The notes beneath the pieces were generated by a model, which was not told the origin of the DNA, ran no database searches, and saw only the letters and a program-made list of their open reading frames with translations. The position numbers were made by a program, and so were the translations under genes. 64,000 nt of DNA from Candidatus Levyibacteriota bacterium (GTDB taxonomy: Bacteria > Patescibacteriota > Microgenomatia > Levybacterales > UBA12049), in assembly GCA_038205015.1 (NCBI GenBank), contig JBBRCK010000003.1, positions 2,527 to 66,526 on the forward strand, written 5' to 3'. Positions 1 to 9,560 of this stretch are shown piece after piece (position 1 is the first letter of the stretch; each line of letters begins with the position of its first letter).

Positions 1-10
1 AAACAGGTTT

Positions 11-2773
11 ATGGATAGCTCATCTGGCCAAGTGGCGCTGGAGCGTGGCGATCGTCGCCAAATTGAAGGCGTAGTTAGTCCTGATACAAAAGTAGAATTA
101 AGCGCGGTGGTTGTAAGTGGCTATCGGGATTTTGCCAGGGACCACACGCAAAAATTAATAGATTTAGTAAATGCTGGACGTTATGAGGCAATGAAAGCGC
201 AGCAAGCCACAGGTCAGGTGGCGTATCTGGAGGATAATGAATTACTTAGACTTTTTTCAGAAACTGCTGCTAACGGAACGCTGCTTCAGGTAAAATCTCA
301 ACAAGAAGTTGCAGATATTATCGCAAAACACCCATATATGATACAAAACCTTGCAGTTATAGGTGAAAGAGTTGCACGGGATAACTTAGCAGCCCTAGGA
401 ATGAGAGCTTATATGGATAGGCCCGGAACAAGAACGCGAATTGAAGATGCTCAAAGAGTAATCGATTTACCAGTTGGTCAGGGAAGAGTGACAGAGGCAT
501 ATAGCAGAGTGGTTGAGTGGGCAAACGCCAGGCAAGAACAGGGTGGAAGAGTGGGTGATCATACCAACCTACAAGATTTAGGCATTAGACTTAATAGTCG
601 TACATCCAGAGGTGTTCTTGCCACAAGCATGGCTACGGGGCTTTTATTTGGTGGCCCAGGGGGAGCTGCAGTTGGAGGCGCCCTGGCAGGAGCAGGTCTT
701 TTTGTTGGAAGTAGGCTAACAAAAGAGGGTCCAAGTATACATATTGTGCGCGATCAAAGTGTTTTAGATCGGGCACAACAGCCGGAAGAGCAGGCCAGAA
801 TGGAAGGGATTATAAAAGTTGATCCTAATCATCCCGAACGCACAACCAGAGAGCAGTTAGCAGAGGGAGAAGCGATTAAGCTGATTTATCTTAGAGCGCT
901 GTATATGAAAGACTTAAAAGTTGACCCCAGCAACTTGGATGCGTTTTCAGATCAATTTATTGATAACAATTGGGGTCCAGATGGCGCACAGACGCCCGAA
1001 AAAACTGACACTAAAATGCAGGCGGCAATTAATGAGCAATTTAATACTCTTGGTGGTCCTATGGCAGCAACTCCCGAGGATGCAAGGATAATATTTAGAA
1101 GAGCAGAAGAAATTGTTTTTATGGAGCAATTTAGATTAATACATGAAGAAAGTAAACCTGCGGTTGATACGGCAAAATTATTAACCGGAAAGCTGGTTGA
1201 AATGCAACCCGGTGGAGCTGTTGATAAAGCCAGAAAACGTGAAGCGGCAGAGGAAAAGACCTTGTTGGGAAAAGACAAAGCGGGTGTTGAGGTAACACGG
1301 GTGGCAGTGGAAAGCATGGCAGGGAAAATTAAAACATTAGTAGACGCAGATACTGTATTAAATGATGAATTAGCAAAAATTGTTGGACCTGCTGGGGCAT
1401 TAGATTATATAAATGCAGTCGCGGCTTTAAATGAAATGTTAAGTACTACAGTTGCAGCGGGCGCTAGTGTTAGAGTTGAAAATGCAGACGGTGTTCCGGT
1501 TGAGATTAGGGCAATTCCTGCTGAAGAGGAAGCCGCAAAAGCCGACGCAAGAGCAGCGATAGCTGCCATTCCACCACAGGGTACTATGACGACAATGCAA
1601 TATGATAGATTTCTCCAAAAAGCCGAGACCGATATTAATGATAGGCTCACTGCAAAACTGGAAGAATTTAAGGTTCAGCGTAAATTGATTGGAGATACGC
1701 TTACTAAATTAAGAGCTGCTCAAAAAGCCACCACAGAAACAAGGCCGGTTATAGAATCCGGAGAAGTAATTAAAGGAGCACAAGAGCTCGTTAAAATACA
1801 AGATGCATTTGATAGAGTTACTACGGCAGGTTTTACGGAAGCACATTTGTTAGCTTTTAATTTTGATCAAGAAATGGCAGACGCTAATCTTTTGAACTCA
1901 ATGAATCCTGATTTGGGTTGGCCGGAAAGCGATAATGAGATAATGCGTCCGGATCTTAGAAGCGCAATAATTCAAGCTAGAGCAAATAATAGAGAAAGAA
2001 CAAGCGTGCCTAATGCGACTGTTGTAGAAACTAATTTTAACACAGCGCGGGCTTTAAATTTTACCCTAGAAGAGCTTTCAATTTTAACTTCGGATGAATT
2101 GGTTATTTTATCTACCTCGCGAACTCCAGCTGGAACAACACGGATGACAAGACCACAGCTAATAAGAGCTCAATTGTGGGCAAGAGAAAAAGTAAGATAT
2201 ACGCAAGAGGCGATTAGACAGGAAAATACCAATATTGAATCTGCAGAAAGAGTTCAGGATGTAAATTTAGCCAGGGTTGACATGAAAGAAGAAAGGGAGC
2301 AGCTTGAAATGGTAATAGATGTTGTTAAGCATAAACAGCAAATTGAAGCTCGGGCAAATAATGCCTGGATTGACAGAGAGGTTAGAACCAGCCTTGAAGA
2401 CGTTAATCCCGTAACGGTGGTGGCCAATAGTTATACTCCCGCAGAAGTAGCTTCGGGTCTTCCGCGAAATGTACTGGAAATTATTAATATTTTAACTGAT
2501 TATCAAAATAAGTCGGATAGAAATGGCGCTTTTTCACAGATTTGGAGAAACTTTGGTTCTGTACCCAACGGGATACTTTTAGAAAGATTAAATAGCGCCT
2601 TTGAGTTTACACCGGCAATTGGCCCCGGCATACCCGATATTAATGTGTTCGCAGCCGAAATTCAAAATAGAGAAAACACCAGTCCAACTTTTAGTATGGA
2701 ATTAGGTAGAGCGCTAGGGCGCAATGCAGTTAGAGAATTTGGGCAGTGGGGAGAAAGTTTAAGTAGAATATGA
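11..2773 (+). CDS. Large hypothetical protein with glycine-zipper-like hydrophobic segment and coiled-coil region; true start may lie upstream of the window
   Basis: 920-aa ORF; GLLFGGPGGAAVGGALAGAGLFVG segment; more G/C-rich than neighbours. Confidence 0.75.
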   Translation: MDSSSGQVALERGDRRQIEGVVSPDTKVELSAVVVSGYRDFARDHTQKLIDLVNAGRYEAMKAQQATGQVAYLEDNELLRLFSETAANGTLLQVKSQQEVADIIAKHPYMIQNLAVIGERVARDNLAALGMRAYMDRPGTRTRIEDAQRVIDLPVGQGRVTEAYSRVVEWANARQEQGGRVGDHTNLQDLGIRLNSRTSRGVLATSMATGLLFGGPGGAAVGGALAGAGLFVGSRLTKEGPSIHIVRDQSVLDRAQQPEEQARMEGIIKVDPNHPERTTREQLAEGEAIKLIYLRALYMKDLKVDPSNLDAFSDQFIDNNWGPDGAQTPEKTDTKMQAAINEQFNTLGGPMAATPEDARIIFRRAEEIVFMEQFRLIHEESKPAVDTAKLLTGKLVEMQPGGAVDKARKREAAEEKTLLGKDKAGVEVTRVAVESMAGKIKTLVDADTVLNDELAKIVGPAGALDYINAVAALNEMLSTTVAAGASVRVENADGVPVEIRAIPAEEEAAKADARAAIAAIPPQGTMTTMQYDRFLQKAETDINDRLTAKLEEFKVQRKLIGDTLTKLRAAQKATTETRPVIESGEVIKGAQELVKIQDAFDRVTTAGFTEAHLLAFNFDQEMADANLLNSMNPDLGWPESDNEIMRPDLRSAIIQARANNRERTSVPNATVVETNFNTARALNFTLEELSILTSDELVILSTSRTPAGTTRMTRPQLIRAQLWAREKVRYTQEAIRQENTNIESAERVQDVNLARVDMKEEREQLEMVIDVVKHKQQIEARANNAWIDREVRTSLEDVNPVTVVANSYTPAEVASGLPRNVLEIINILTDYQNKSDRNGAFSQIWRNFGSVPNGILLERLNSAFEFTPAIGPGIPDINVFAAEIQNRENTSPTFSMELGRALGRNAVREFGQWGESLSRI

Positions 2774-3144
2774 TTACAACCAAAGCCATAATTAATTTAT
2801 TACCATTTCAAAGCGAGTTTAAACTCGACTTGTTAGAGAAGTTTGATACTTTGTCGGAAGAAGAACAGGCAAGAACCGCTGATATTATTTGGCAAGCATT
2901 TTATATGGTGTATGATATAAAGCTTAAAAATAATGTTGACAAAATTATGACAGAAGCGGATAAAAACGGTGAAAAATTTGATCCCACTTTTTATAAAAAA
3001 GCAGCCGACAGAACTGATGATGAAATTAGGGAATTATTGGCCTCATCATCTCAAACGCTTGATTTGGAAGAAGCGAGAAAAAGCATGGAAATGATTATTA
3101 GAGAAATTAATGCCGCGAAAACAAGTAGGCCACTTAAGAATTAA
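2770..3144 (+). CDS. Hypothetical helical protein
   Basis: 124-aa ORF with ATGA overlap to the upstream ORF. Confidence 0.7.
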   Translation: MITTKAIINLLPFQSEFKLDLLEKFDTLSEEEQARTADIIWQAFYMVYDIKLKNNVDKIMTEADKNGEKFDPTFYKKAADRTDDEIRELLASSSQTLDLEEARKSMEMIIREINAAKTSRPLKN

Positions 3145-3145
3145 T

Positions 3146-4936
3146 TTATCTACTTGCTCGTAAAGCATTTATAATTACCCCAACGTCAATTGCTTCTTGT
3201 AAAAAAGCTCCCTGAATTGGAGAAATGAAACCTAGCGATGCAAATCCCATTCCCAAAATACTTATTCCAATTCCAATAAAAATACTTTGTTTGGCAATAG
3301 CAACAGTTTTTTTGGAGATATTTAAGCAATCAACTACCAGCGAAAAATTTCCTCCTAGGAAAACTATATCTGCAGCTTCGGATGCAGCAGTTTGCTCCTC
3401 ATTACTAAAAACCATTCCTACGTCCGCCAGGGCTAAAGCCGGTGCGTCATTAATTCCATCTCCCACCATTGCTGTAATTTTGCCCTGCTTCTTAAGTTCT
3501 ACTATGCCTTTTTGTTTATCTTCGGGCGTTGCTTCTGCTTGAATTACAATATTTTCTCCCAAAGATGCAACTACTTTTTCGGCGGCTTCTTTTTTATCTC
3601 CGGTAAAAATATGCAATTCAAAGCCTTTTCTTTTTAAATCCTTAATAATATTTTTCGAATCTTCTTTTATTTCATCTTCAAAAGAAAACTGAGCGATTTG
3701 TTTATTGTTTTCAAAAATTCCAATTGTCATTCCGCTTTGATTTTTTAGCTTTGACAACATGTATTTTTTATTTTTAATTACTCCGGTAATGCCAACGCCA
3801 ATTTTTTCTTCGATACTTTCAGCTTTGATAACCGGTGCTTTTTTCAGTTTTGCATACTCAACAATGGCTTTAGCTAATGGATGTAATGAGTTTCTTTCAA
3901 TCCCTTCGGCAATTGCTAAAAGCTGTTTTTCTTGATAGCTTTCTTCTAAGAGTTTAAATTCAGTTACTTTAGGTTTTCCCAAGGTAATAGTGCCAGTTTT
4001 ATCAAAAATAATAGCCGTGGCTCTTGATAAAACTTCTAAACTGGCGAGTTTTTTAACAATAACATGTTTTTTGGAGGCGGCGTTAACTCCTCCAAGCAGG
4101 GCAATCGGAGTGGCAATGATTAAAGGGCAAGGTGTAGCAATTGCTAAAACCGACAAAGCTCTGGTTAAATCAAATCCTGAGAATACATAGGCAAGCCCTG
4201 TGATTACTAGGGTAACAATTGTAAAATAGCCAGAATATTTATCAGCTAGCCTGATAAAAGGAGTTTTTTCATCCTGGGCATTTCTTACCATTGCCACAAT
4301 TTTGTTATAGGCTGAGTCTTTTTGTTCTTTTATAACCTTTATGATAATTGGATTTCCAATATTTATGGTTCCGCTTCTAATTGGATCTCCTTTTATTTTT
4401 TCAATGGTATAAGGCTCTCCAGTTAGTGATGATTCATCGGTTAATCCCCCTTCGGAGACTAAGACTCCGTCCAGTCCGATAACTTCGCCCTTTCTGATAT
4501 AAATTTCTACGCCTTTTTTAATACTTTCTATTTTTACTTTTTGCCCCATTGCACCCTGATGCCAAAGAAAAACCTCGTTGGGAATTCTTTCGGCCAGCTT
4601 AGTTAAAGATTTTTTAGCCTGCGAAACGCCATAATCTTCCAGCGTTCTTCCAGAGGAAATCATTAGAGCTAAGATTGATGCAACTAAGTATTCGCGGGTT
4701 GCTAACGCTACTAAAATTGCCAAAATAGCAATATAATCTAAAGCGTACTGTTTTTTGAGAATTGAAGCTACTGTTTCGTAAAAAAGACGGTAACTTCCTA
4801 AAAGTGTAATAAAAATAACCAGTAAATTTGCAGGAATATTTAATTTTAATAAAAGTAATACTAGATAAATAATAATACCAGCCGTAATAATTGCAGGAAT
4901 TTTAAAGGCTTTGATTAGATTTATTTTTTGGTTCAT
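3146..4936 (-). CDS. Heavy-metal-translocating P1B-type ATPase, no N-terminal metal-binding domain
   Basis: TGE, CPC, DKTGT, HP and GDGINDAP motifs. Confidence 0.95.
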   Translation of the reverse strand: MNQKINLIKAFKIPAIITAGIIIYLVLLLLKLNIPANLLVIFITLLGSYRLFYETVASILKKQYALDYIAILAILVALATREYLVASILALMISSGRTLEDYGVSQAKKSLTKLAERIPNEVFLWHQGAMGQKVKIESIKKGVEIYIRKGEVIGLDGVLVSEGGLTDESSLTGEPYTIEKIKGDPIRSGTINIGNPIIIKVIKEQKDSAYNKIVAMVRNAQDEKTPFIRLADKYSGYFTIVTLVITGLAYVFSGFDLTRALSVLAIATPCPLIIATPIALLGGVNAASKKHVIVKKLASLEVLSRATAIIFDKTGTITLGKPKVTEFKLLEESYQEKQLLAIAEGIERNSLHPLAKAIVEYAKLKKAPVIKAESIEEKIGVGITGVIKNKKYMLSKLKNQSGMTIGIFENNKQIAQFSFEDEIKEDSKNIIKDLKRKGFELHIFTGDKKEAAEKVVASLGENIVIQAEATPEDKQKGIVELKKQGKITAMVGDGINDAPALALADVGMVFSNEEQTAASEAADIVFLGGNFSLVVDCLNISKKTVAIAKQSIFIGIGISILGMGFASLGFISPIQGAFLQEAIDVGVIINALRASR

Positions 4937-4945
4937 TTTTTCAAG

Positions 4946-5030
4946 CGGAGGAGGTGAGATTTGAACTCACGATCCCTTGCGGGATGGCGGTTTAGTAAAC
5001 CGCTGCACTAGGCCACTATGCGACTCCTCC
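4946..5030 (-). tRNA. tRNA-Ser(ACT)
   Basis: GGAGGAG/CTCCTCC acceptor, G73, GCGGT-TTACTAA-ACCGC anticodon arm, long variable arm, TTCAAAT T-loop. Confidence 0.9.
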
Positions 5031-5660
5031 GGGTATATTTATTATTTTATCAAACTGCTCATAAATTCCAATCACTTTTAGTTGTATTTTATAGTCAGAA
5101 TATCTTATTGTACATGTTCCCATATAATCTTTTCTATATTTTTTGCCCCTTGGTATCGTAATGGTAGGTTTTATAAATTGAGATGTGGGAATTTTTAATA
5201 AATTACTCCAATATTTACTTATTTCATTAAAATTTTGAGTGGAATGAATTTGGAGTTTTACTCGAAATTTTGCTTCATTTAGCGGAAAGCTTATGCGAAG
5301 CAGTCTTATAAACAATTGTAATAGTAAAGGATCGGAGTTTGTCATATCAAGTTTGTTAGTAGAGGGATATTTTGAACCTTCACACCAATAAATAATAGAG
5401 ACAAGTATTTTTGCGGTAGTTTTATCAAAAATTTTAAAGTTTTTGATTATATCTTTCTCTGATGTTTTTATATCGTTTCTTCTTCTCTCATATGTTTTTA
5501 ATAAAGTGTCCCAACGTGTTGAGGAATTATCGTGCTTGCACCAATTACGAATGGTGGTTGCCGGTATTCCTGTTATTTCCTGCAGCTTTGTAAAAGAATA
5601 ATGGTATTTTGTGCGTAGGTTTTGTGCTTTTTCTAAGTCTTTGTCTTGATATTTTCTCAT
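5016..5660 (-). CDS. HTH + single LAGLIDADG-like domain protein between two tRNA-Ser genes
   Basis: N-terminal HTH (YSFTKLQEITGIPATTIRNW), SIIYWCEGSK, TNSDP, GTC; paralog of 33841..34533. Confidence 0.75.
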   Translation of the reverse strand: MRKYQDKDLEKAQNLRTKYHYSFTKLQEITGIPATTIRNWCKHDNSSTRWDTLLKTYERRRNDIKTSEKDIIKNFKIFDKTTAKILVSIIYWCEGSKYPSTNKLDMTNSDPLLLQLFIRLLRISFPLNEAKFRVKLQIHSTQNFNEISKYWSNLLKIPTSQFIKPTITIPRGKKYRKDYMGTCTIRYSDYKIQLKVIGIYEQFDKIINIPGGVA

Positions 5661-5662
5661 GG

Positions 5663-5750
5663 TGGCGGAGGGTACAGGATTCGAACCTGTGGACGGCTAT
5701 TCACCGTCACGGCTTAGCAAGCCGCTCTATTACCACTCTAGCAACCCTCC
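5663..5750 (-). tRNA. tRNA-Ser(GCT), CCA encoded
   Basis: GGAGGGT/ACCCTCC acceptor, GCGGC-TTGCTAA-GCCGT anticodon arm, long variable arm, TTCGAAT. Confidence 0.95.
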
Positions 5751-5758
5751 AGAGTAAT

Positions 5759-5769
5759 TATTATAGCAT
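5759..5769 (-). promoter_or_regulatory. Extended -10 promoter (TGCTATAAT) for the tRNA-Ser cluster
   Basis: Motif ~9 nt upstream of the tRNA 5' end. Confidence 0.6.
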
Positions 5770-5797
5770 AGTTAAAACCCCTATCTTGAGCAAATAA

Positions 5798-5960
5798 TTA
5801 AATTTGATACTCGTATATTTTCCCCGGGTATTTTCGTAAGTAGCAATATCGCTTGAAAATAAGTGCTCAAAATATTTTCTCATCGTCCTGATTGAGTTTC
5901 CGTATGCGGATAGAAAGCAATATCATCTGCCAACATATCATGTATAAAAGGTAGAACTAC
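5798..5960 (-). pseudogene. Frameshifted C-terminal remnant of a histidine phosphatase (paralog of 7422..7982)
   Basis: Translates to FLSAYGNSIRTMRKYFEHLFSSDIATYEN/fs/PGKIYEYQI* versus FISAHGNSIRPMRRYFEH...YENVPGKIFSYEI*; upstream boundary approximate. Confidence 0.8.
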
Positions 5961-6165
5961 TTCTTAATTCTTGGATCAGTTAATACTTCTACATTTTCAT
6001 GATAATCACCAAATACTAATTGGAAGACATGCTGGAATGTTATCTATAAGCCTTAGTAACTTTTTCATTTTACAATTTTTTGAAATCTTCTGTTTTTGAT
6101 TTCGCTTAATGTTTTAATTAGCGTTACGCTTTGACCAGTCCTTGGTATTTTAGTATATTGTTCGT

Positions 6166-7401
6166 ATGCGCAATATATATTACCTAATACTTCTGGTGGC
6201 AATTGGGGTTGTAGTTTATTTCATGATTCCTAAATCTCCTTTTGCCCTTGATGATTATGGGCAAATAGTTAGAAATATTAGTGTTCATAGGATTCAGAAT
6301 ATTCCCTTATTTTTTACTCAAAGCATAGCATTTCCAGGACAAGGACAATCTCTATTAACGTATTACTACAAACCATTTTTATATACTTTTTATAGTTTTT
6401 TATATGCGTTGGGCAATGGATCGTCCTTTCCTTTTCATAGTTTTCAATTGGCGTTGTATATTCTAAACGCGTTGCTAGTTTTTTTATTATTTAATAAATT
6501 TTTCAGTAAAAATATGTCTTTTTTATTATCTATTATTTTTTTACTGCATCCAGCTAATAATGAAGTGGTTTCATATATTGCCAGTCTTCAAGATACTTTA
6601 TTTTTATTCTTCGGAATAACAGCTTTAAATTTACTGACTTTAAAAGATACAAAAAAATTACTTACCGTAATTAGCGTATCTATTTTAATATTGTTTTCAA
6701 TTTTTTCTAAAGAAACAGGCTTATTATTCTTAACGATATCAATTGTCTATTTAATTATTTTTAAAACAAATCTTGTTAAATACTATTTGGTTTCATTTAT
6801 TTTTAGTGGCCTAATCTATTTAGGCCTTAAGTTATTAGCATTAAATCACGTTATTTTAGTTTTACTTTCAACACCAATTCAACAAATGCCTTTTAAGGAC
6901 AGAATAATAATTATTCCCAAAATAATTTATTTTTACCTCAAGGAATTACTTTTTCCATCTATGTATTTTCCTGATGTTAAATTATTGCAAAATACAAATA
7001 TTATCACCAGTATTGGCCCTTTGTTGGCAATTATTCTAATTTTGATTCTCATAGTATTTATAGGAATTTTTATTAAGCACTATTATTCTTCATATTTTTC
7101 TATATTCATTTTTTTTACAACATGGTTTGTAATCGGTATTAGCTTTCATTCACAAATTATTCCTCTAGATGTGCCAATTGCGACTCGTTGGTTATACTTT
7201 CCAATCGTCGGGGCACTTGGTATGGTAGGGGTAGTTTTAAGCATAATAAAATCATGGACAATAAAAATAAAATATAAACGCATGTTGTTAATTGCATATA
7301 TTATTTACGTTAGTCTTCTGGTATTTGAGATTGAGGCAGAGCAGCTCAGTTATTTAAGATTAAATCCACAAAATAAAATAATTAATAGTTTAAATAATTA
7401 G
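6166..7401 (+). CDS. Polytopic membrane GT-C-like protein (TMTC/PMT-like, no TPRs)
   Basis: LDD, YYKP, LHP..EVV, SKE and RWLYFP motifs; many TM helices. Confidence 0.7.
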   Translation: MRNIYYLILLVAIGVVVYFMIPKSPFALDDYGQIVRNISVHRIQNIPLFFTQSIAFPGQGQSLLTYYYKPFLYTFYSFLYALGNGSSFPFHSFQLALYILNALLVFLLFNKFFSKNMSFLLSIIFLLHPANNEVVSYIASLQDTLFLFFGITALNLLTLKDTKKLLTVISVSILILFSIFSKETGLLFLTISIVYLIIFKTNLVKYYLVSFIFSGLIYLGLKLLALNHVILVLLSTPIQQMPFKDRIIIIPKIIYFYLKELLFPSMYFPDVKLLQNTNIITSIGPLLAIILILILIVFIGIFIKHYYSSYFSIFIFFTTWFVIGISFHSQIIPLDVPIATRWLYFPIVGALGMVGVVLSIIKSWTIKIKYKRMLLIAYIIYVSLLVFEIEAEQLSYLRLNPQNKIINSLNN

Positions 7402-7421
7402 GATAAAAGTAATAAAGAATA

Positions 7422-7982
7422 TTAAATTTCGTAGGAAAAGATTTTGCCGGGAACATTTTCGTAAGAGCACATCTCTTCGATTGTGACGTGTTCGAAATAT
7501 CTTCGCATTGGCCTAATCGAATTACCGTGTGCTGAGATAAAAATAATGTCGTCTTTTTTCCAGGTTGGTAGTGCATCTTTTAGGAAATCTAAAACTCTAA
7601 TTTCGACATCTTTAATACTTTCGCCATTAGGCGGGGGAATATCGTATGATCTGTGCCATAGGGCAAAATCTTTTGGGTCCATTTTTGCCAATTCATCCTT
7701 ATTTTTACCGGTTAAATTGCCGTAGTCTCGTTCTTTAATTCTGGGGTCGGTGATAACTTCTACTCCCAGGTGAAATCCGTCTAAAACCAGTTCTAAAGTA
7801 TGTTTGGAGCGGATTAAATTCGATTGATAGGCTTTAGTGACTGCTTCATTTTTTAGTCTTTCTCCGATTCCCGTTGCCTCTTCGATACCCGCAGGTGTTA
7901 AGTCAACATCGTGAATTCCTGAAAAATCATGATCGAGATTATCAATAGTTTGTCCGTGCCGGAAGATAAATATCTTAGCCAT
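7422..7982 (-). CDS. gpmA: Histidine phosphatase / dPGM family phosphoglycerate mutase
   Basis: RHG, ERDYG, GES, AHGNSIR. Confidence 0.8.
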   Translation of the reverse strand: MAKIFIFRHGQTIDNLDHDFSGIHDVDLTPAGIEEATGIGERLKNEAVTKAYQSNLIRSKHTLELVLDGFHLGVEVITDPRIKERDYGNLTGKNKDELAKMDPKDFALWHRSYDIPPPNGESIKDVEIRVLDFLKDALPTWKKDDIIFISAHGNSIRPMRRYFEHVTIEEMCSYENVPGKIFSYEI

Positions 7983-8027
7983 ATAAAATTAGTATATAGT
8001 ATTATACATATCGTATCTAGTAAGAGA

Positions 8028-8600
8028 TTAGGCGTAGGGATCGTAATATTTTAGGTCCGGAAAATCTTCTAAAATTTGTGATTCATAAGGTACAGTTAAA
8101 ACAGTTTGCATGCTGGTGGGTTCAAGGACCGGTTCTCCATCAAGCCCGTTTCCTACGGGTTTTCCTCTAATAATATATAACTTCCTTGGTTCATATTCAT
8201 ATCTTCCGGCCATACTATATCTTAAGTTTAGCCTAAGGTTTGGATCTCTTTTATCAACACTAGACACGCTAATTCCAGTTTCTTCCAGGGGTTCTTTTTG
8301 TCCCATCCAATTTCCCCATACTGCTTTGCTAACTTTCCCCGGAGTCTTATCAAGTTCGATATCCGGGCTCCATCTGGCAAACAATGGTCCATCTTCCATG
8401 GCTTTTAATATGTTTGGAGTAACTGAAGCTAGCGCATGCTCAAATCTTGCTTGTTCATATTCGCTCCAATATGTTCCTGTGCCAAGGAGTCTCCATTCTT
8501 TTGAAAATTGACTAAAATCTGGCTCTGGGCTTGCTTGAGCTTCGCTTTTAGTATCTTCGGGCGCTATTGCGGTTGGTTGCGATTCTGTGTCTGGACCCAT
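8028..8600 (-). CDS. Hypothetical protein, possibly DUF6098/ART-fold-like
   Basis: FARWS..GISVS..G.PVGNGLDGEPVL pattern. Confidence 0.55.
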   Translation of the reverse strand: MGPDTESQPTAIAPEDTKSEAQASPEPDFSQFSKEWRLLGTGTYWSEYEQARFEHALASVTPNILKAMEDGPLFARWSPDIELDKTPGKVSKAVWGNWMGQKEPLEETGISVSSVDKRDPNLRLNLRYSMAGRYEYEPRKLYIIRGKPVGNGLDGEPVLEPTSMQTVLTVPYESQILEDFPDLKYYDPYA

Positions 8601-8644
8601 AAATTAAAAATGACAGATTTAAAATATTAAGTCAAATTACCAAT

Positions 8645-8677
8645 AAAAAACCCCAACGAATACGTTAGGGTTTTTTT
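8645..8677. terminator. Intrinsic terminator downstream of tmRNA, A/T tracts on both sides
   Basis: aaaaaacccc-aacg aata cgtt-agggttttttt. Confidence 0.8.
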
Positions 8678-9038
8678 GTGGAGATGTCGAGCTATGAACT
8701 CGAGTCCAAGAAAACATTTTAAAAACGTCTACAAGCTTATTCTACTTTTAAGTGTCGTTCTACTCTTTTCCAATAGACGGGAATAAATAAAACCTAGATT
8801 ATAAATTCGATAAGGACCTAATCGGCTTCCTTATTAATTTCTCAACTGTATTTATGCTCATATAGTCCCATTGAGAAAAGACATTATGAACAGCTCAACC
8901 TATTTAAGCAAATGCGTAAAGAGGTTGTGCGCTGGAACGTGAAGTTCTAGCATTTAATTTTTGACTAAGTTAACGGCGTTTAGTCATTGCCGGCTTGCAT
9001 TTTTTAAAGTGCGAATCTTGTCGATGCAATGCATCCCC
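8678..9038 (-). ncRNA. ssrA: tmRNA; tag ARTSRSSAQPLYAFA* (8951-8904)
   Basis: GGGGATG..CATCTCCA acceptor with G3:U70, T-arm TCGAG-TTCATAG-CTCGA, tag after TTAAAT, downstream of smpB. Confidence 0.95.
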
Positions 9039-9092
9039 AATAGTTGGAATTATATGTCTTTTAGCTTCAAAAGTCAAGTTTTTGAGGGTAAT

Positions 9093-9524
9093 TTAGGACA
9101 ATTCCTGTTCAATTCTTCTATTAAGATCTCGTTTTTTAATCGATTCTTTTTTTTCGTATTTTTTCTTACCTTTTCCAAGCGCAACCTCAAGCTTAATAAA
9201 GCCGTGTTTTAAGTATAAAGATACCGGTACCAAAGTTAAATTAGAGCCTTCAGTTTTTGATTTTAAAGAAATAATTTCCTGTTTATGTAAGAGAAGTTTT
9301 CTCGTTCTTCTATTGTCGAATCCTTCAATTTGTCCTGGTTGATAAGGGAAGATTTTAGCATTAACCAAATAAGCTTCACTTCCGACAATTCTAATAAAAG
9401 AACCGGTTAAATCTGCCTTGCCAAGTCTTACCGATTTTACTTCGTGGCCATAAAGATTAATTCCTGCCTCAAACTTGTCTGAGAGCTGGTAATTAAAAAA
9501 GGCTTTTTTATTGGTAATTTTCAT
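9093..9524 (-). CDS. smpB: SsrA-binding protein
   Basis: NKKA, EAGI.L.G.EVKS.R, RKLLLH. Confidence 0.97.
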   Translation of the reverse strand: MKITNKKAFFNYQLSDKFEAGINLYGHEVKSVRLGKADLTGSFIRIVGSEAYLVNAKIFPYQPGQIEGFDNRRTRKLLLHKQEIISLKSKTEGSNLTLVPVSLYLKHGFIKLEVALGKGKKKYEKKESIKKRDLNRRIEQELS

Positions 9525-9560
9525 TCCACAATAATACGTTAAAACCTAAAAAATGGCAAT

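Noticed and set aside
4946-5750. The ORF as an intron-encoded endonuclease within one split tRNA, or the second tRNA as a target-site duplication
   Set aside because: Both tRNAs are complete and differ throughout their stems; no group I/II core is visible.
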